Below are positions 27,378 through 39,431 of a stretch of 64,000 bases of DNA, piece by piece. Numbering within the stretch: the first letter of the stretch is position 1; every line of letters starts with the position of its first letter. The notes beneath the pieces were generated by a model. The model was given only the letters and a program-made list of their open reading frames with translations, was not told where the DNA came from and did not search any database. This DNA comes from Squalus acanthias (taxonomy: Eukaryota), in assembly GCA_030390025.1 (NCBI GenBank), contig CM059432.1, forward strand, positions 72,294,001 to 72,358,000. The letters run 5' to 3'. A program made the position numbers and the translations under genes.

Positions 27378-28532
27378 TCATCGGAAGTGCTGTGTTATGA
27401 GGCCTTCACGAACGGTCCTTGCAGAAGCAACATTGAGCGCCTCCCTCCCACGTTGTTGCTGCTCATCCTCCTCTTCATCCTCCTCCTCTCCCTCTTCCTC
27501 CTCCTGAGGTGGTGGTCCAATCCCTGGTGGCAATGGCTTGGTCCTCAGAATGGCGAGGTTGTGAAGCATGCAGCACACAACAATGAAAACCGATATGCGA
27601 TCAGGGGAGTACTGCAGGGCTCCTCCAGAGTGCTCAGGACACCGGAACCATTGCTTCAGCACACTGATCGTCTGTTCAATGAGGTTCCTAGTGGTGCTAT
27701 GGCTCTCATTGTATGTGAGCTCAGCAGGAGTGTTGGGGTTATGGAGCGGTGTCATCAGCCATGTGCAGAGTGGATAACCCTTGTCCCCAAGGAGCCAACC
27801 AAAAGGTTGATGCAGTGGTTGGAACAGGTCTGGGACACCAGTCTGGCGTAGGATGAATGCATCATGGCTGCTGCCAGGATAGCGGGCATTGATGGCGAGG
27901 CTGCGCTGTCTGTGGTCACAAACCAACTGGACGTTGAGAGAGTGGAAGCCTTTGCGGTTGCGGAAAACCTCTGCATTATCATGAGGTGCCCGCAATGCCA
28001 CGTGGGTGCAGTCAGTGGTGCCCTGAACCATGGGAAAGCCCGCTATCCAAGCGAAGCCACATGCATGTTCACGCTGTTTGTCCCAGGTCATGGGGAATGA
28101 GATGTACTCCCTTCTCCTTTGGTATAGAGCATTTGTGACCTCCCAGATGCAACAATGGATGACGAACTGGGAGATGTTCACAATATCCCCTGTTGAAGCC
28201 TGGAAGGAGCTGCTGGCATAGAAATTGAGGGTCACCGTCACCTTCACTGCCACCGACAGAGACGTCCTGAGCTGAGGCTGGAGCTTAGGTTGCAGGAGGT
28301 GGCAGAGCTCTGTGACCACCTCCTTGCTGAAGTGGGGCCTTCTAAAACACTGCTCCTCGGATAGATGGATAGATGAGAATTGCTCCTGGAATACCCTGGG
28401 AGGGTAAGATATCCTGTGCAGAGCCCTGTTGGCCCTCCTCCCTCTGGCCACGTTTTCCACTCTCTCTCTCAGCCTCCGCTGCCTCCGACGGTGAAGCTAG
28501 AGGACGAGGCCCCCTGCCAGTGCAGCCCCCAT
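27378..28532 (-). pseudogene. Harbinger (HARBI1-like) DDE transposase, 384 codons with a single in-frame TAG at codon 12
   Basis: ATG at 28532 is in frame with the 360-aa ORF; TAG at 28499-28497; motifs DCTHV, HDAFIL, LLGDKGYP, IEQ retain the D-D-E residues. Confidence 0.9.
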
Positions 28533-31500
28533 TTAATCTTCAAAATGTGGTAGTAATAAACCTAACAGAAATGGGAACCTGAAAAGTGTTGCTCAGGAAC
28601 AAAACTCCTTGTAGGACAGCGTTAAATGTCTTCAGACGCCTCTCTCCCTCTCTCAACCTGCGTATGCAGAATATTTTGCTGACAGGAAAAAGCAGGAAGC
28701 GCACGCCTTTAAATAGCGCTCTCCCAGCTCCCAGCCGACTGCAAAACGTCCCCCTCTACCTGTTGTTCCTAGCGCCAGGCACTGAGTCAGGGGCGAGAAT
28801 TAATTTCTGGTCCGGGGCGATGCGCGCTTTGATGTCACAATCCCCGGCCGCAGGAGATCGTGGCGGTAGTGTTTAGCGCCACCGCAAACCGCCAGGTGAA
28901 TTTCGCGGGTGGCGCTAAAATCGCCGCACTCGGGCGATAAGTGTTAGCGCCCCCCGGAAGCGCTAACGAGTGGCACTAACCAAACAAATTTTTCCCCCTA
29001 AGTGTCTTAAATCCCTTACCGTCGCTTGGTGTTGGGTCTCTTCTGAAATCGCAGACCCGACACTCTTGAAACTCACACGGAGGCGGGATTGCAGCGGGTT
29101 TCCAACCCGCCGTCAATCATTGCGACTTTAAAAGCTGACCCGCCTCCGAACCCGCCCTCTGAGCGCTGGCAAAATCGCGGCCCTGGGCTTAGAATTAAGT
29201 TTTTTATCTGGAGTTGTGACTCTAAGCTGAATTTGCATTGTGCAGTCTAAGCATATGCAGTGTACCTAATTTTCCAGGATGCATCTGCACCATTCAGTTA
29301 GAACATAAGAAACATAAGAAATAGGTGCAGGAGTAGGCCATTCGGCCCCTCCAGCCTGCTCCACCATTCAATAAGATCATTGCTCATCTGATCTTGGCCT
29401 CAACTCCACTTTCCTGCGGGTTCCCCATTCCCCTGTAGCTCAAGTATCTGTCTATCTCAGTCTTGAATATATTCACTGACTCAGCCTCCACAGCTCTCTG
29501 GGGTAGAGAATTCCAAAGATTCACGACCCTCTGAGAGAAAAAATTCCTCCTCATCTCCTTCTTAAATGGGCGACCCCTTATTCTGAAACTATGCCCCCCC
29601 CCTAGTTCTAGATTCCCCCACGAGGGGACACATCCTCTCAGCATCTACCCTGTCAAGCCCCCTCAGAATCTTATATGTTTGAATAAGATCACCTCTCACT
29701 CTTCTAAACTCCAGTGAGTATAGGCCCAACCTGCTCAACCTTTCCTCATAAGACAAACCTTTCATCTCGGGAATCAACCTAGTGAACCTTCGCTGAACCC
29801 CCCCAAATGCAAGTATATCCCTCCTTAAATAAGGTGACCAAAACTGTACGCAGTACTCCAGATGTGTTCTCACCAATGCCCTGTACGGTTGTAGCAAGAC
29901 TTCCCTACTTTTGTACTCCATCCCCCTAGCAATAAAGGCCAACATTCCATTTGCCTTCCTAATTACTTGCTGTACCTACATAATAACGTTTTGTGTTTCA
30001 TGTACGAGGACACCCAGATCCTTCTGTACCACAGCATTTTCTGTAGTCTCTTTCCATTTAAATAATATTATGCTTTTCTATTTTTCCTACCAAAGTGGAT
30101 AACCTCACATTTTCCCACATTATACTCCATCTGCCAAATTTTTGCCCACTCACTTAACCTATCTATATCCCTTTGCACGCTCTTTGTGTCCTCCTCACAA
30201 TTTGCTTTCCCACCTATCTTTGTATTGTCAGCAAATTTGACTACAGTACACTCGGTCGCTTCATCCAAGTCATTAATATAGATTGTAATTAGTTGAGGCC
30301 CCAGCACTGATCCCTGTGGCACCCCGCTAGTTACAGTTTGCCAACCTGAAAATGACCCATTTATCCCGACTCTCTGTTTTCTGTTAGTTAGCCAATCCTC
30401 TATCCATGCTACTATATTACCCCAACACCATTATCTCTTATCTTGTTCAGTAACCTTTTATGTGGCATCATATCGAATGCCTTTTGGAAATCCGAATACA
30501 CTACATCTACTGCTTCCCCTTGATCCACCCTGCTCGTTACATCCTCAAAGAACTCTAATAAATTTGTCAAACACGATTTCCCTTTCATAAAACCATGTTG
30601 ATTCTGCTTGATTGTATTATGATTTTCTCAATGGATTCCAGCATTTTCCCAATGACAGATGTTAGGCTAACTGGCCTACAGTTTCCTGCTTTCCGTCTCC
30701 CTCCTTTCTTGGATAGGGGTGTTACATTTGCAGTTTTCCAGTTTGCTGGGACCTTTCCAGAATCCAGGGAATTTTGGAAGATCACAACCAATGCATCCAC
30801 TATCTCTGCAGCTACCTCTTTTAAGACCCTAGGATGCAGGCCAACAGGTCCAGGGGACTTGTCAGCCTTTAGTCCCATTAGTTTGCCTGGTACATTTTCT
30901 CTAGTGATAGTGATTGTTTTAAGTTCCTCCCTCCCTTTTGCCCCTTGATTATCTACTATTATTGGGATGCTTTTAGTATCTTCTACCCTGAAGACAGATA
31001 CAAAATATTTCTTCAAAGTCTCTGCCATTTCCTTGTTTCCCATTATTAATTCCCCAGTCTCATCCTCCAAGGGACCAACGTTTACTTTAGCTACTCTCTT
31101 CTTTTTATATACTTGTACAAGCTCTTACTGTCTGTTTTTATATTTCTTGCTAGTTTACTCTCAATCTATTTTCTCCCGCTTTATAATTTTTTTAGTCATT
31201 CTTTGCTGGTTTCTAAAAACTTCCCAATCTTCTGGCCTACCACTAATCTTCGCACAGTGAGTATGTAAACTCACTTTCGCGGGATTTTTTGCAGAGGCCA
31301 GTGTCGGGAGCGGAGAGAGCATTAGCACAGTGAGTATATAAACTTACTTTCGCGGGCTTTTTTGCAGAGGCTTACCAATCTCACAGACCGGCGGCGGCGT
31401 TCCAGAGCCACGTCACAATTCAAAAAGTGACGCGGACAAGAGGAAGCAGCTGATTGGGTGAGTATTTATACTACTCTGTAGTTTGACAGTTAAGGTTAAT

Positions 31501-31665
31501 AGTTTATAACGTTTAGAAGGTCCTAATTTTTGTGGTTATAGTTTCTAAGGTCTCTGTTGTGTAGCAGGGAGTGCTAGTATACAAGGGCCCTTGAGTATAT
31601 CATTTAATTGTAGTGTAATTTGTGATATTGATTTGAGTTAATTTAAATTAATTAAAGGATAAGTC

Positions 31666-32616
31666 ATGGCAGCACAGCTCAGCCCCGTGGCATGCTCCTC
31701 CTGCACTATGTGGGAAATCAGGGACACTTCCTGTGTCCCTGTTGACCATGTGTGCGGGAAGTGTATCCAGCTGCAGCTACTGGCAGACCGCATTGTGGCG
31801 CTGGAGCTGCGAATGGATGCATACTGGAGCATTCGCGATGCTGAGGACATCATGGATAGCACATTTAGGGAGTTGGTCACACCGCAGGTAAAGGCTGCAC
31901 AGGCAGGAAGGGAATGGGTGACCACCAGGCAGAGTAGTAGGCACAGGCAGGTAGTGCAGGGGTCCCCTGTGGACATCCCCCTCTCAAACAGATATTCCAC
32001 TTTGGATATTGTTGAGGGAGATGGCTTATCGGGGGAAGGCAGCAGCAGCCAACTTCCTGGCACCATGGGTGGTTCTGCTGCACAGGACGGGAGGAAAAAG
32101 AGCGGGAGAGCTATAGTGATAGGGGATTCTATTGTAAGGGGAATAGATAGGCGTTTCTGCGGCCGCAAACGAGACTCCAGGATGGTATGTTGCCTCCCTG
32201 GTGCAAGGGTCAAGGATGTCTCGGAGCGGCTGCAGGGCATTCTGGAGGGGGAGGGTGAACAGCCAGTTGTCGTGGTGCATATAGATACCAACGATATAGG
32301 TAAAAAACGGGATGAGGTCCTAAAAGCTGAATATAGGGAGTTAGGAAGTAAATTAAAAAATAGGAGCTCAAAGGTAGTAATCTCAGGATTGCTACCGGTG
32401 CCACGTGCTAGTCAGAGTAGAAATAGAAGGATATTTCAGATGAATACGTGGCTAGAGGAATGGTGCAAGGGGGAGGGATTCAAATTCCTGGGACATTGGA
32501 ACCGGTTCTGGGGGAGGTGGGATCAGTACAAACTGGACGGTTTGCACCTGGGCAGGACCGGGACCGATGTCCTCGGGGGAGTGTTTGCTAGTGCTGTTGG
32601 GGAGGGTTTACACTAA
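31666..32616 (+). CDS. CR1 ORF1p: CxxC-CxxC zinc finger, coiled coil, SGNH/GDSL esterase (316 aa, open)
   Basis: CSSC..CGKC, IVIGDSIVRG, VVVHIDTND (G of GTND changed to D), DGLHL. Confidence 0.88.
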   Translation: MAAQLSPVACSSCTMWEIRDTSCVPVDHVCGKCIQLQLLADRIVALELRMDAYWSIRDAEDIMDSTFRELVTPQVKAAQAGREWVTTRQSSRHRQVVQGSPVDIPLSNRYSTLDIVEGDGLSGEGSSSQLPGTMGGSAAQDGRKKSGRAIVIGDSIVRGIDRRFCGRKRDSRMVCCLPGARVKDVSERLQGILEGEGEQPVVVVHIDTNDIGKKRDEVLKAEYRELGSKLKNRSSKVVISGLLPVPRASQSRNRRIFQMNTWLEEWCKGEGFKFLGHWNRFWGRWDQYKLDGLHLGRTGTDVLGGVFASAVGEGLH

Positions 32617-32787
32617 AATGGCAGGCGGTTGGGAACCTTTGCAGGGGAACAGAGGAAAGGGAAGCAAGGATAGAAGCAAAAGACAGGAAGGAGAAAAGCA
32701 AAAGTGGAAGGCAGAGAAATCAAGGGTGTAAATCAAACAGGGCTACAGTAAATAATAATTCTAAAAGGACTAAGAGTGTTAAAAAAA

Positions 32788-35601
32788 ACAAGCCTGAAGG
32801 CTTTGTGTCTTAATGCGAGGAGCATTCGTAATAAGGTGGATGAATTAGCTGCGCAAATAGATGTAAATGGATATGATATAATTGGGATTACGGAGACATG
32901 GCTCCAGGGTGACCAAGGCTGGGAATTCAACATCTAGGGGTATTCAATATTCAGGAAGGACAGACAAAAAGGAAAAGGAGGTGGGGTAGCATTGCTGGTT
33001 AAAGAGGAGATTAACACAATAGTAAGCAAGGATATTAGCTCTGATGATGTGGAATCTGTATGGGTAGAGCTGAGAAATACCAAGTGGCAGAAAACGTTAG
33101 TGGGAGTTGTATACAGACCCCCAAACAGTAATGCTGAGGTTGGGGATGGCATTAAACGGGAAATTAGAGATGCGTGCAATAAGGGCACAGCAGTTATCAT
33201 GGGTGACTTCAATCTACATATAGATTGGGCTAACCAAATTAGTAACAATACTGTGGAGGAGGAATTCCTAGAGTGTATACGGGATGGTTTCCTGGACCAA
33301 TATGTTGAGGAACCAACTAGAGATCAGGCCATCTTAGACTGGGTATTATGTAATGAGAAATGATTAATTAGCAATCTTGTTGTGCGAGGCCCCTTGGGGA
33401 GGAGCGATCATAATATGATAGAATTCTTCATTAAGATGGAGAGTGAAGTAGTTGACTCGGAGACTGCGGTCCTGAATTTAAATAAAGGAAACTACGATGG
33501 TATGAGGCACGAGTTGGCTAGGATGGATTGGGGAGCGTTACTTAAAGGGTTGACGGTGGATAGGCAATGGCAAACATTTAAAGATTGCATGGATGAACTA
33601 CAGAATTTGTTCATCCCTGTTTGGCATAAAAATAAAACAAAAAAGGTGACTCAACCGTGGCTAACAAGGTCAATTAGGGATAGCATAAGATCCAAGGAGA
33701 GGTCATATAAATTGGCCAGAAAAAGCAGCAAACTTGAGGATTGGGAGCAGTTTAGGACTCAGCAAAGGAGGACAAAGGGATTAATTAAGAGGGGGAAAAT
33801 AGAATATGAGAGTAAGCTTGCAGGGAACATAAAAACTGACTGTAAAAGCTTCTATAGATATGTGAAGAGAAAAAGATTGGTGAAGTCAAGCGTAGGTCCC
33901 TTGCAGTCAGAATCAGGAGAATTGATAATGGGGAACAAAGAAATGGCGGACCAATTAAATACATACTTTGGTTCTGTCTTCACAAAGGAGGACACAAATA
34001 AACTTCCAGAGATGTCGGGGAACATAGGGTCTAATGAGAGGGAGGAATTGAATGAAATCAGTATTTATAGGGAAATGGTGTAAGAGAAATTGATGGGATT
34101 GAAGGCCGATAAATCCCCAGGGCCTGATAATCTACATCCTAGGGTACTTAAGGAAGTGGCCCTAGAAATAGTAGATGCATTGCTGGTCATCTTCCAAAAT
34201 TCTATAGACTCTGGAACAGTTCCCATGGATTGGAGGGTAGCTAATGCAACCCCACTATTTAAAAAGGGTGGTAGAGAAAAAACAGGGAATTATAGACCGG
34301 TAAGCCTGACATCGGTAGTGGGCAAAATGCTAGAGTCCATTATAAAAGATGTAATAGCAGAGCACTTGGAAAACAGTGACAGGATCGGACAAAGTCAACA
34401 TGGATTTACAAAAGGTAAATCATGCTTGACTAATCTACTGGAATTTTTTGAAGATGTAACTGGTAGAATAGATAAGGGAGAACCAGTGGATGTGGTGTAT
34501 TTGGACTTTCAGAAGGCTTTCGATAAGGTCCCACATAAGAGATTAGCTTGCAAAGTTAAAGCACATGGGATTGGGGGTGAGGTACTGATTTGGATAGAGA
34601 ACTGGTTGGCAGACAGGAAGCAAAGAGTTGGAATAAACGAGTCTTTTTCCGAGTGGCAGGCAGTGACTAGTGGGGTACTGCAGGGATCGGTGCTAGGACC
34701 CCAGCTATTCACAATATATATTAATGATCTAGATGAGTGAACTAGATGTAATATCTCTAAGTTTGCAGACGACACAAAGCTGGGTGGGCGTGTGTGCTGT
34801 GAGGAGGATGCGGAGAAACTCCAGTATGATTTGGACAGGTTGGGTGATTGGGCAGATGCATGGCAGATGCAGTATAATGTGGATAAATGCGAGGTTATCC
34901 ACTTTGGTGGCAAAAACAGGAAGACAGATTATTATCTGAACGGCAATAGATTGGGAAAAGGGGAAGTGCAACGAGATCTGGGAGTCCTTGTGCACCAGTC
35001 GCTGAAGGTAAGCATGCAGGTGCAGCAGGCGGTTAAGAAGGCAAATGGTATGTTGGCCTTCATAGCAAGAGGATTTGAGTACAGGAGCAAGGATGTCTTG
35101 CTGCAGTTGTACAAGGCCTTGGTGAGACCACACCTTGAGTATTGTGTGCAGTTTTGGTCGCCTTATCTGAGGAAGGATGTTCTTTCCATGGAGGGAGCAC
35201 AGCGAAGATTTACCAGACTGATACCTGGGATGGCAGGAATGACGTATGAAGAGAGATTGTGTCGATTAGGCTTATATTCACGAGAGTTTAGAAGAATGAG
35301 AGGGGATCTCTTTGAAACTTATAAAATTCTAACAGGACTAGACAGACTAGATGCAGGAAGGATGTTCCTGATGGCGGGGGAGTCCAGAACCAGAGGTCAC
35401 AGTCTAAGGATAAGGGGTAAGCCATTTGGGACTGAGATGAGGAGGAATTTCTTCACCCAGAGAGTGGTGAACCTGTGGAATTCTCTACCACAGAAGGCAG
35501 TTGAGGCCAATTCATTAAATATATTCAAGAAGGAGATAGATATATTTCTTAAGGCTAAAGGAATCAAGGGATATGGGGAGAAAGCAGGGACAGGGTACTG
35601 A
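32788..35601 (+). pseudogene. CR1 ORF2 (APE endonuclease and RT) in a single frame with four nonsense codons
   Basis: All ORF-track pieces (32992, 33382, 34090, 34792) share one frame; stops at 32935 (TAG), 33361 (TGA), 34081 (TAA), 34738 (TGA); motifs ITETWL, YRPP, MGDFN, SDH, FADD. Confidence 0.92.
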
Positions 35602-35781
35602 ATTTGGATGATCAGCCATGATCTCATTAAATGGCGGAGCAGGCTCGAGGGGCCGAATGGCCTACTCCTGCTCCTATCTTCTATGCTTCTATGCAACATT
35701 GTATGCCTTTTCTTTCAATTTGATACCATCCTTAACTTCCTTAGTTAGCCACGGATGGCTCATCTTTCTCGTAGAGTCTTT

Positions 35782-36678
35782 GGGGTAGAAATTAGGTCGC
35801 GCCCCATTTGGGGCACAAATATCGTCTGGACGCAAATATTAGCGCCTGGCACTAATTATCGGCACTGACTGGAAACTTCACTTTTACCGCCCCGGGAGGT
35901 GAGTGGAGCGCTAAAGCAGGCGCTGCACACCTGTCTTAAGGCGCAAAGGCCAAGGAGTGAGGCGCTAACTCAGAGCGCTGGCGAAGCTCATGTAATGTCA
36001 GTCAGCAATGGAACACACACACAATGGCACGGGCCAGTTCTTAAAGGGGATGGTTAATCTTGCTTTCCATCCACATCCTGTTCATTGCAGCCTTGAATCT
36101 CGGCCTGGAGAGACTTGCACATCAAATGTGCTGGAAAGAACAATGGAGAGTACCAGGCAAAGAGCTCAGAGTGCAGCTCCCACAGTCTCTGCTAAATCGA
36201 TACAAGGAATGGCAAATCAAAATGAACCTGCAAAGTGCTGCTCAGTACCCAAAACTCCTTCACACAACGTTGAATCTCTCCAGAAGTCTCTCCCTCTCTC
36301 TCTCAGAATGCGTAGTTCAAAAATGCCACCAACAATAAAAGACAGGAAGAGGCCCCCTTTAAATAGCGCCCCCCCCCCCCAGCCCCACAGCGATTGATAG
36401 CGTTCCAGTCTTCTGGTCGTTGGAAGCGCCAGGCGGTAAGGCAGGGGGCGCCACTCAATTTCCGCTCCGGGGCGCCACAAGGGCATTGCACCATGGAATG
36501 ACGTCACAATCTGCGTGCGCAGGTGGTCGCAGCGGTAAGTTTTAGCGCCGCCGCACAATCTCAAGTTAAGTTCTCGAGCGGCGCAAACATCGCTGCGCCC
36601 GGGCGTTAGCGGCTTTGCGCCCCATTAGCGCCCTCTTAAGGCGCTAACGGGAGGCGCAACCAACTGAATTTTTACCCC
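35782..36678. mobile_element. Non-autonomous Harbinger element, 897 bp, TSD TTT
   Basis: TIRs GGGGTAGAAATT / AATTTTTACCCC; TTT on both sides; the right ~420 bp is homologous to 28600-28998; interrupts CR1 'A'. Confidence 0.88.
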
Positions 36679-37010
36679 TTTCTTTCTTACTGGAATATAT
36701 CTTTGTTGAGAGTTATGAAATATCTCCTTAAATGTCTGCCACTGCTTATTTACCGTCTTACTATTTAATCTATTTTCCCAATCCACTTTAGCCAACTCTG
36801 TCTCCATACCTTTGTAATTGCCTTTATTTAAGTTTAAGACACTAGTTTCAGACCCAAGTTTCCCACCCTCAAACTGAATGTGAAATTCTATCATGTTTTG
36901 ATCACACTTTCCCAGAGGATCCTTTACTATGAGATCATTAATTAACCCTGTCTCATTGCACATTACCAGATCTAAAATAGCCTGTTCCCTGGTCGGTTCC
37001 AAAACATATG

Positions 37011-37773
37011 GGCCTAGAAATTCGTGTGGCCGGTTTGCCGCGGGGGTAAGGATCGCGCGCGCTCTTACCCACCACGCCTGCCGTTGTGTTTTGGGCCCAC
37101 AGGAACTTCGGGTCCTGGGCCTCTCCCAAGAGCCGGCGCGCAGTGCTTGCGTGTTCCAGGGGTGCAGTTAGTGCAATGCAACCCCTGGGATCACGTGGGC
37201 CATGGAGAGCCAATGGCAGCAGACCATCTTTCATTCATAGATTTGACAGGAGACCTGTCAAATCTGTGAATTGAAATTGGCCCCAAAAGAACAGCTAAAC
37301 TTCAAATAAATTTTTTTTTAAAACCATCACATTTATAAAATAACTATAGTTAAATAAATTAACCACTTTAAACAAAAATTTAAATTTTTGAAAAATTTAA
37401 AATACTTTTTAAAAGTTATAAAAATAAACTTACCTTTCTTTAAAGTATCTAAAAAAGATAAACCTGTTGAAAAATTTTAAAATTATACTTAATTAACTAC
37501 TTACCTTGTTCAAAAGGGGTCTTACGCCTTCTTTTTACTAGCGTAGAATCTTCAATACTTACCCTCGCGTTGAAACCTGAAAAAAAATCTAAGTGTGCTG
37601 CGTGCGCGCAGCCTCTAGCACGCACGCGGTTCACTTAGGAACCGCCCCTTCACCATACCGGAAGTGCCGGTTTCCCGCGCATGCGCAGTGCATGCAGGAA
37701 ACCGGCACTTCGGGAACGAATACGGGTGAGTACAGACTATGTACTCACCCGGGAACGGCCGAATTTTTGGGCC
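37011..37773. mobile_element. Harbinger-type MITE, 763 bp
   Basis: TIRs GGCCTAGAAATTCG / CGAATTTTTGGGCC; flanks ATG/ATT (imperfect 3-bp TSD); cleanly interrupts CR1 'A' ORF2. Confidence 0.82.
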
Positions 37774-38472
37774 ATTTTTCTAAGAAACCGTCCCGAATAC
37801 ACTCTATGGACTCGCCCTCAAGGCTACCATTGCCAATTTGATTTGTCCAGTCGATATGAAGATTAAAATCACCCATGATTATTGCAGTACCTTTCTTACA
37901 AGCCCCTATTATTTCTTGATTTATACTTTGTCCTACAGTGTAGCTACTGTTAGGGGGCCTATAGACTACTCCCACCACTGACTTCTTTCCCTTTGTATTT
38001 CTTATCTCCACCCAAATTGATTCTACATCTTAATCTTCCGAGCCAAGATCATTTGTCACTACTGTACTGATCTCATCCTTTATTAACAGAGCTACCCCAC
38101 CTCCTTTTCCTTTCTGCCTATCCTTCCGAAATGTCAAATACACCTGAATATTCAGTTCCCAGCCTTGGTAACCTTGCAACCATGTCTCTGCAATGGCTAT
38201 CAGATCAGACCTATTTATTTCTATTTGTGTCATCAATTCATCTATCTTGTTACGAATGCTGCGTGCATTCAGATAAAGAGCCTTCAATTTTGTCTTTTTA
38301 ACATTCTTCCCCACTCTGACCTTATTTGCTGGTGCACTCTTATGTTTGTAAGCTCTGTCCCTTCCTATCACACTCTAGTTATCATTACCCCTATCGCTAC
38401 CCTGCACTATTGCTTGTCCCTTCTCTTTAACTTTCTAAATTTCCCCTCACCTGACCCCCCCCCCCCCCATAA

Positions 38473-39431
38473 TTTAGTTTAAAAGCCCTATCCACAGCCC
38501 TAGTTATTCGATTCGCCAGGACATTGGTCCCAGCATGGTTCAAGTGAAGCCTGTCCCAACGGAACAACTCCCTCTTTCCCCAGTACTGGTGCCAATGCCC
38601 CAGGAATCGAAACCCATTTCTCCCACACCAATCTTTGAGCCATGCATTCAACTCTCTGATCTTATTGACCCTATGCCAATTTGCTCGTGGCTCAGGTAGT
38701 AATCCGGAGATTATTACCTTTGTGGTTCTGCTTTTTAATTTAGCCCCTAGCTGCTCATACTCCCTCAGCAGAACCTCTTTCTTAGTCTTACCTATGTCGT
38801 TGGTACCTACATGGACCACGACAACTGGATCCTCCCCTTCCCACTCCAAGTTCCTCTCCAGCCCAGAGGAGATGTCCTTAGCCCTGGCACCGGGCAGGCA
38901 ACACAGCCTTCGGGACTCACGCTCTTGGCTGCAGAGAATAGTATCTATCCCCCTAACTATACTGTCCCCTACCACTACTACATTCCTTTTTACTCCTCCA
39001 ACTTGAATGGCCCCCTGTGCCATGGTGCTGTGGTCAGATTGCTCATCCTCCCTGCAGTCCCTGCTCTCGTCCACACAGGCTGCAATAACCTCGTAACTGC
39101 TGGACACGTGCAAGGGCTAAGGCTCCTCCAATGCTACCTTCTGGATCCCCATACCTACCTCATTCGTAGTCACACCCTCCTGTCCCTGACCATGGACCAA
39201 ATCTGAAGTATTTAACCCAAGGGGTGTGACTGCCTCCTGGATCAATGTGTCCAGGTAACTCTCCCCCTCCATGATGCATCGCAGTGTCCGAAACTCGGAC
39301 TCCAGCTCATCAACTCTGAGCCGAAGTTCCTCGAGCTGCAGACACTTACTGCAGATGTGGTCGCTGTGGATCACATTTGTGTCCACCAGCTCCTACATGC
39401 TACAGCTGCAACACATCACCTGCCCTGCCAT
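38473..39431 (-). pseudogene. CR1 'A' ORF1 (zinc finger and SGNH esterase), with stops
   Basis: HICSKCLQLEELRLRVDELE, VVVGDSIVRG, VHVGTND, DRLHL; ATG at 39431. Confidence 0.88.

Larger units (their letters stand above)
24604..29182. mobile_element. Composite PIF/Harbinger transposon, about 4.6 kb, TSD CTG
   Basis: Imperfect TIRs GGGCTGGATTTTCC / GCAAAATCGCGGCC flanked by CTG at 24601-24603 and 29183-29185; Myb gene on +, transposase on -; an internal second element end at 28998. Confidence 0.85.
31252..35693 (+). mobile_element. Full-length CR1 LINE 'B' (about 4.44 kb) inserted into CR1 'A'
   Basis: 5' UTR with tandem unit, intact ORF1, complete ORF2 frame, tail CTATCTTCTATGCTTCTAT; the host sequence resumes with a 3-nt GCA overlap. 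Confidence 0.95.

Noticed and set aside
27378..28460. Host gene HARBI1
   Set aside because: Sits within TIRs next to a Myb gene, has a premature stop and a paralogous copy at 1-799; it is a transposon copy.
31666..32616. Host lipase/esterase gene
   Set aside because: The SGNH esterase is the normal CR1 ORF1 domain and is followed directly by ORF2.
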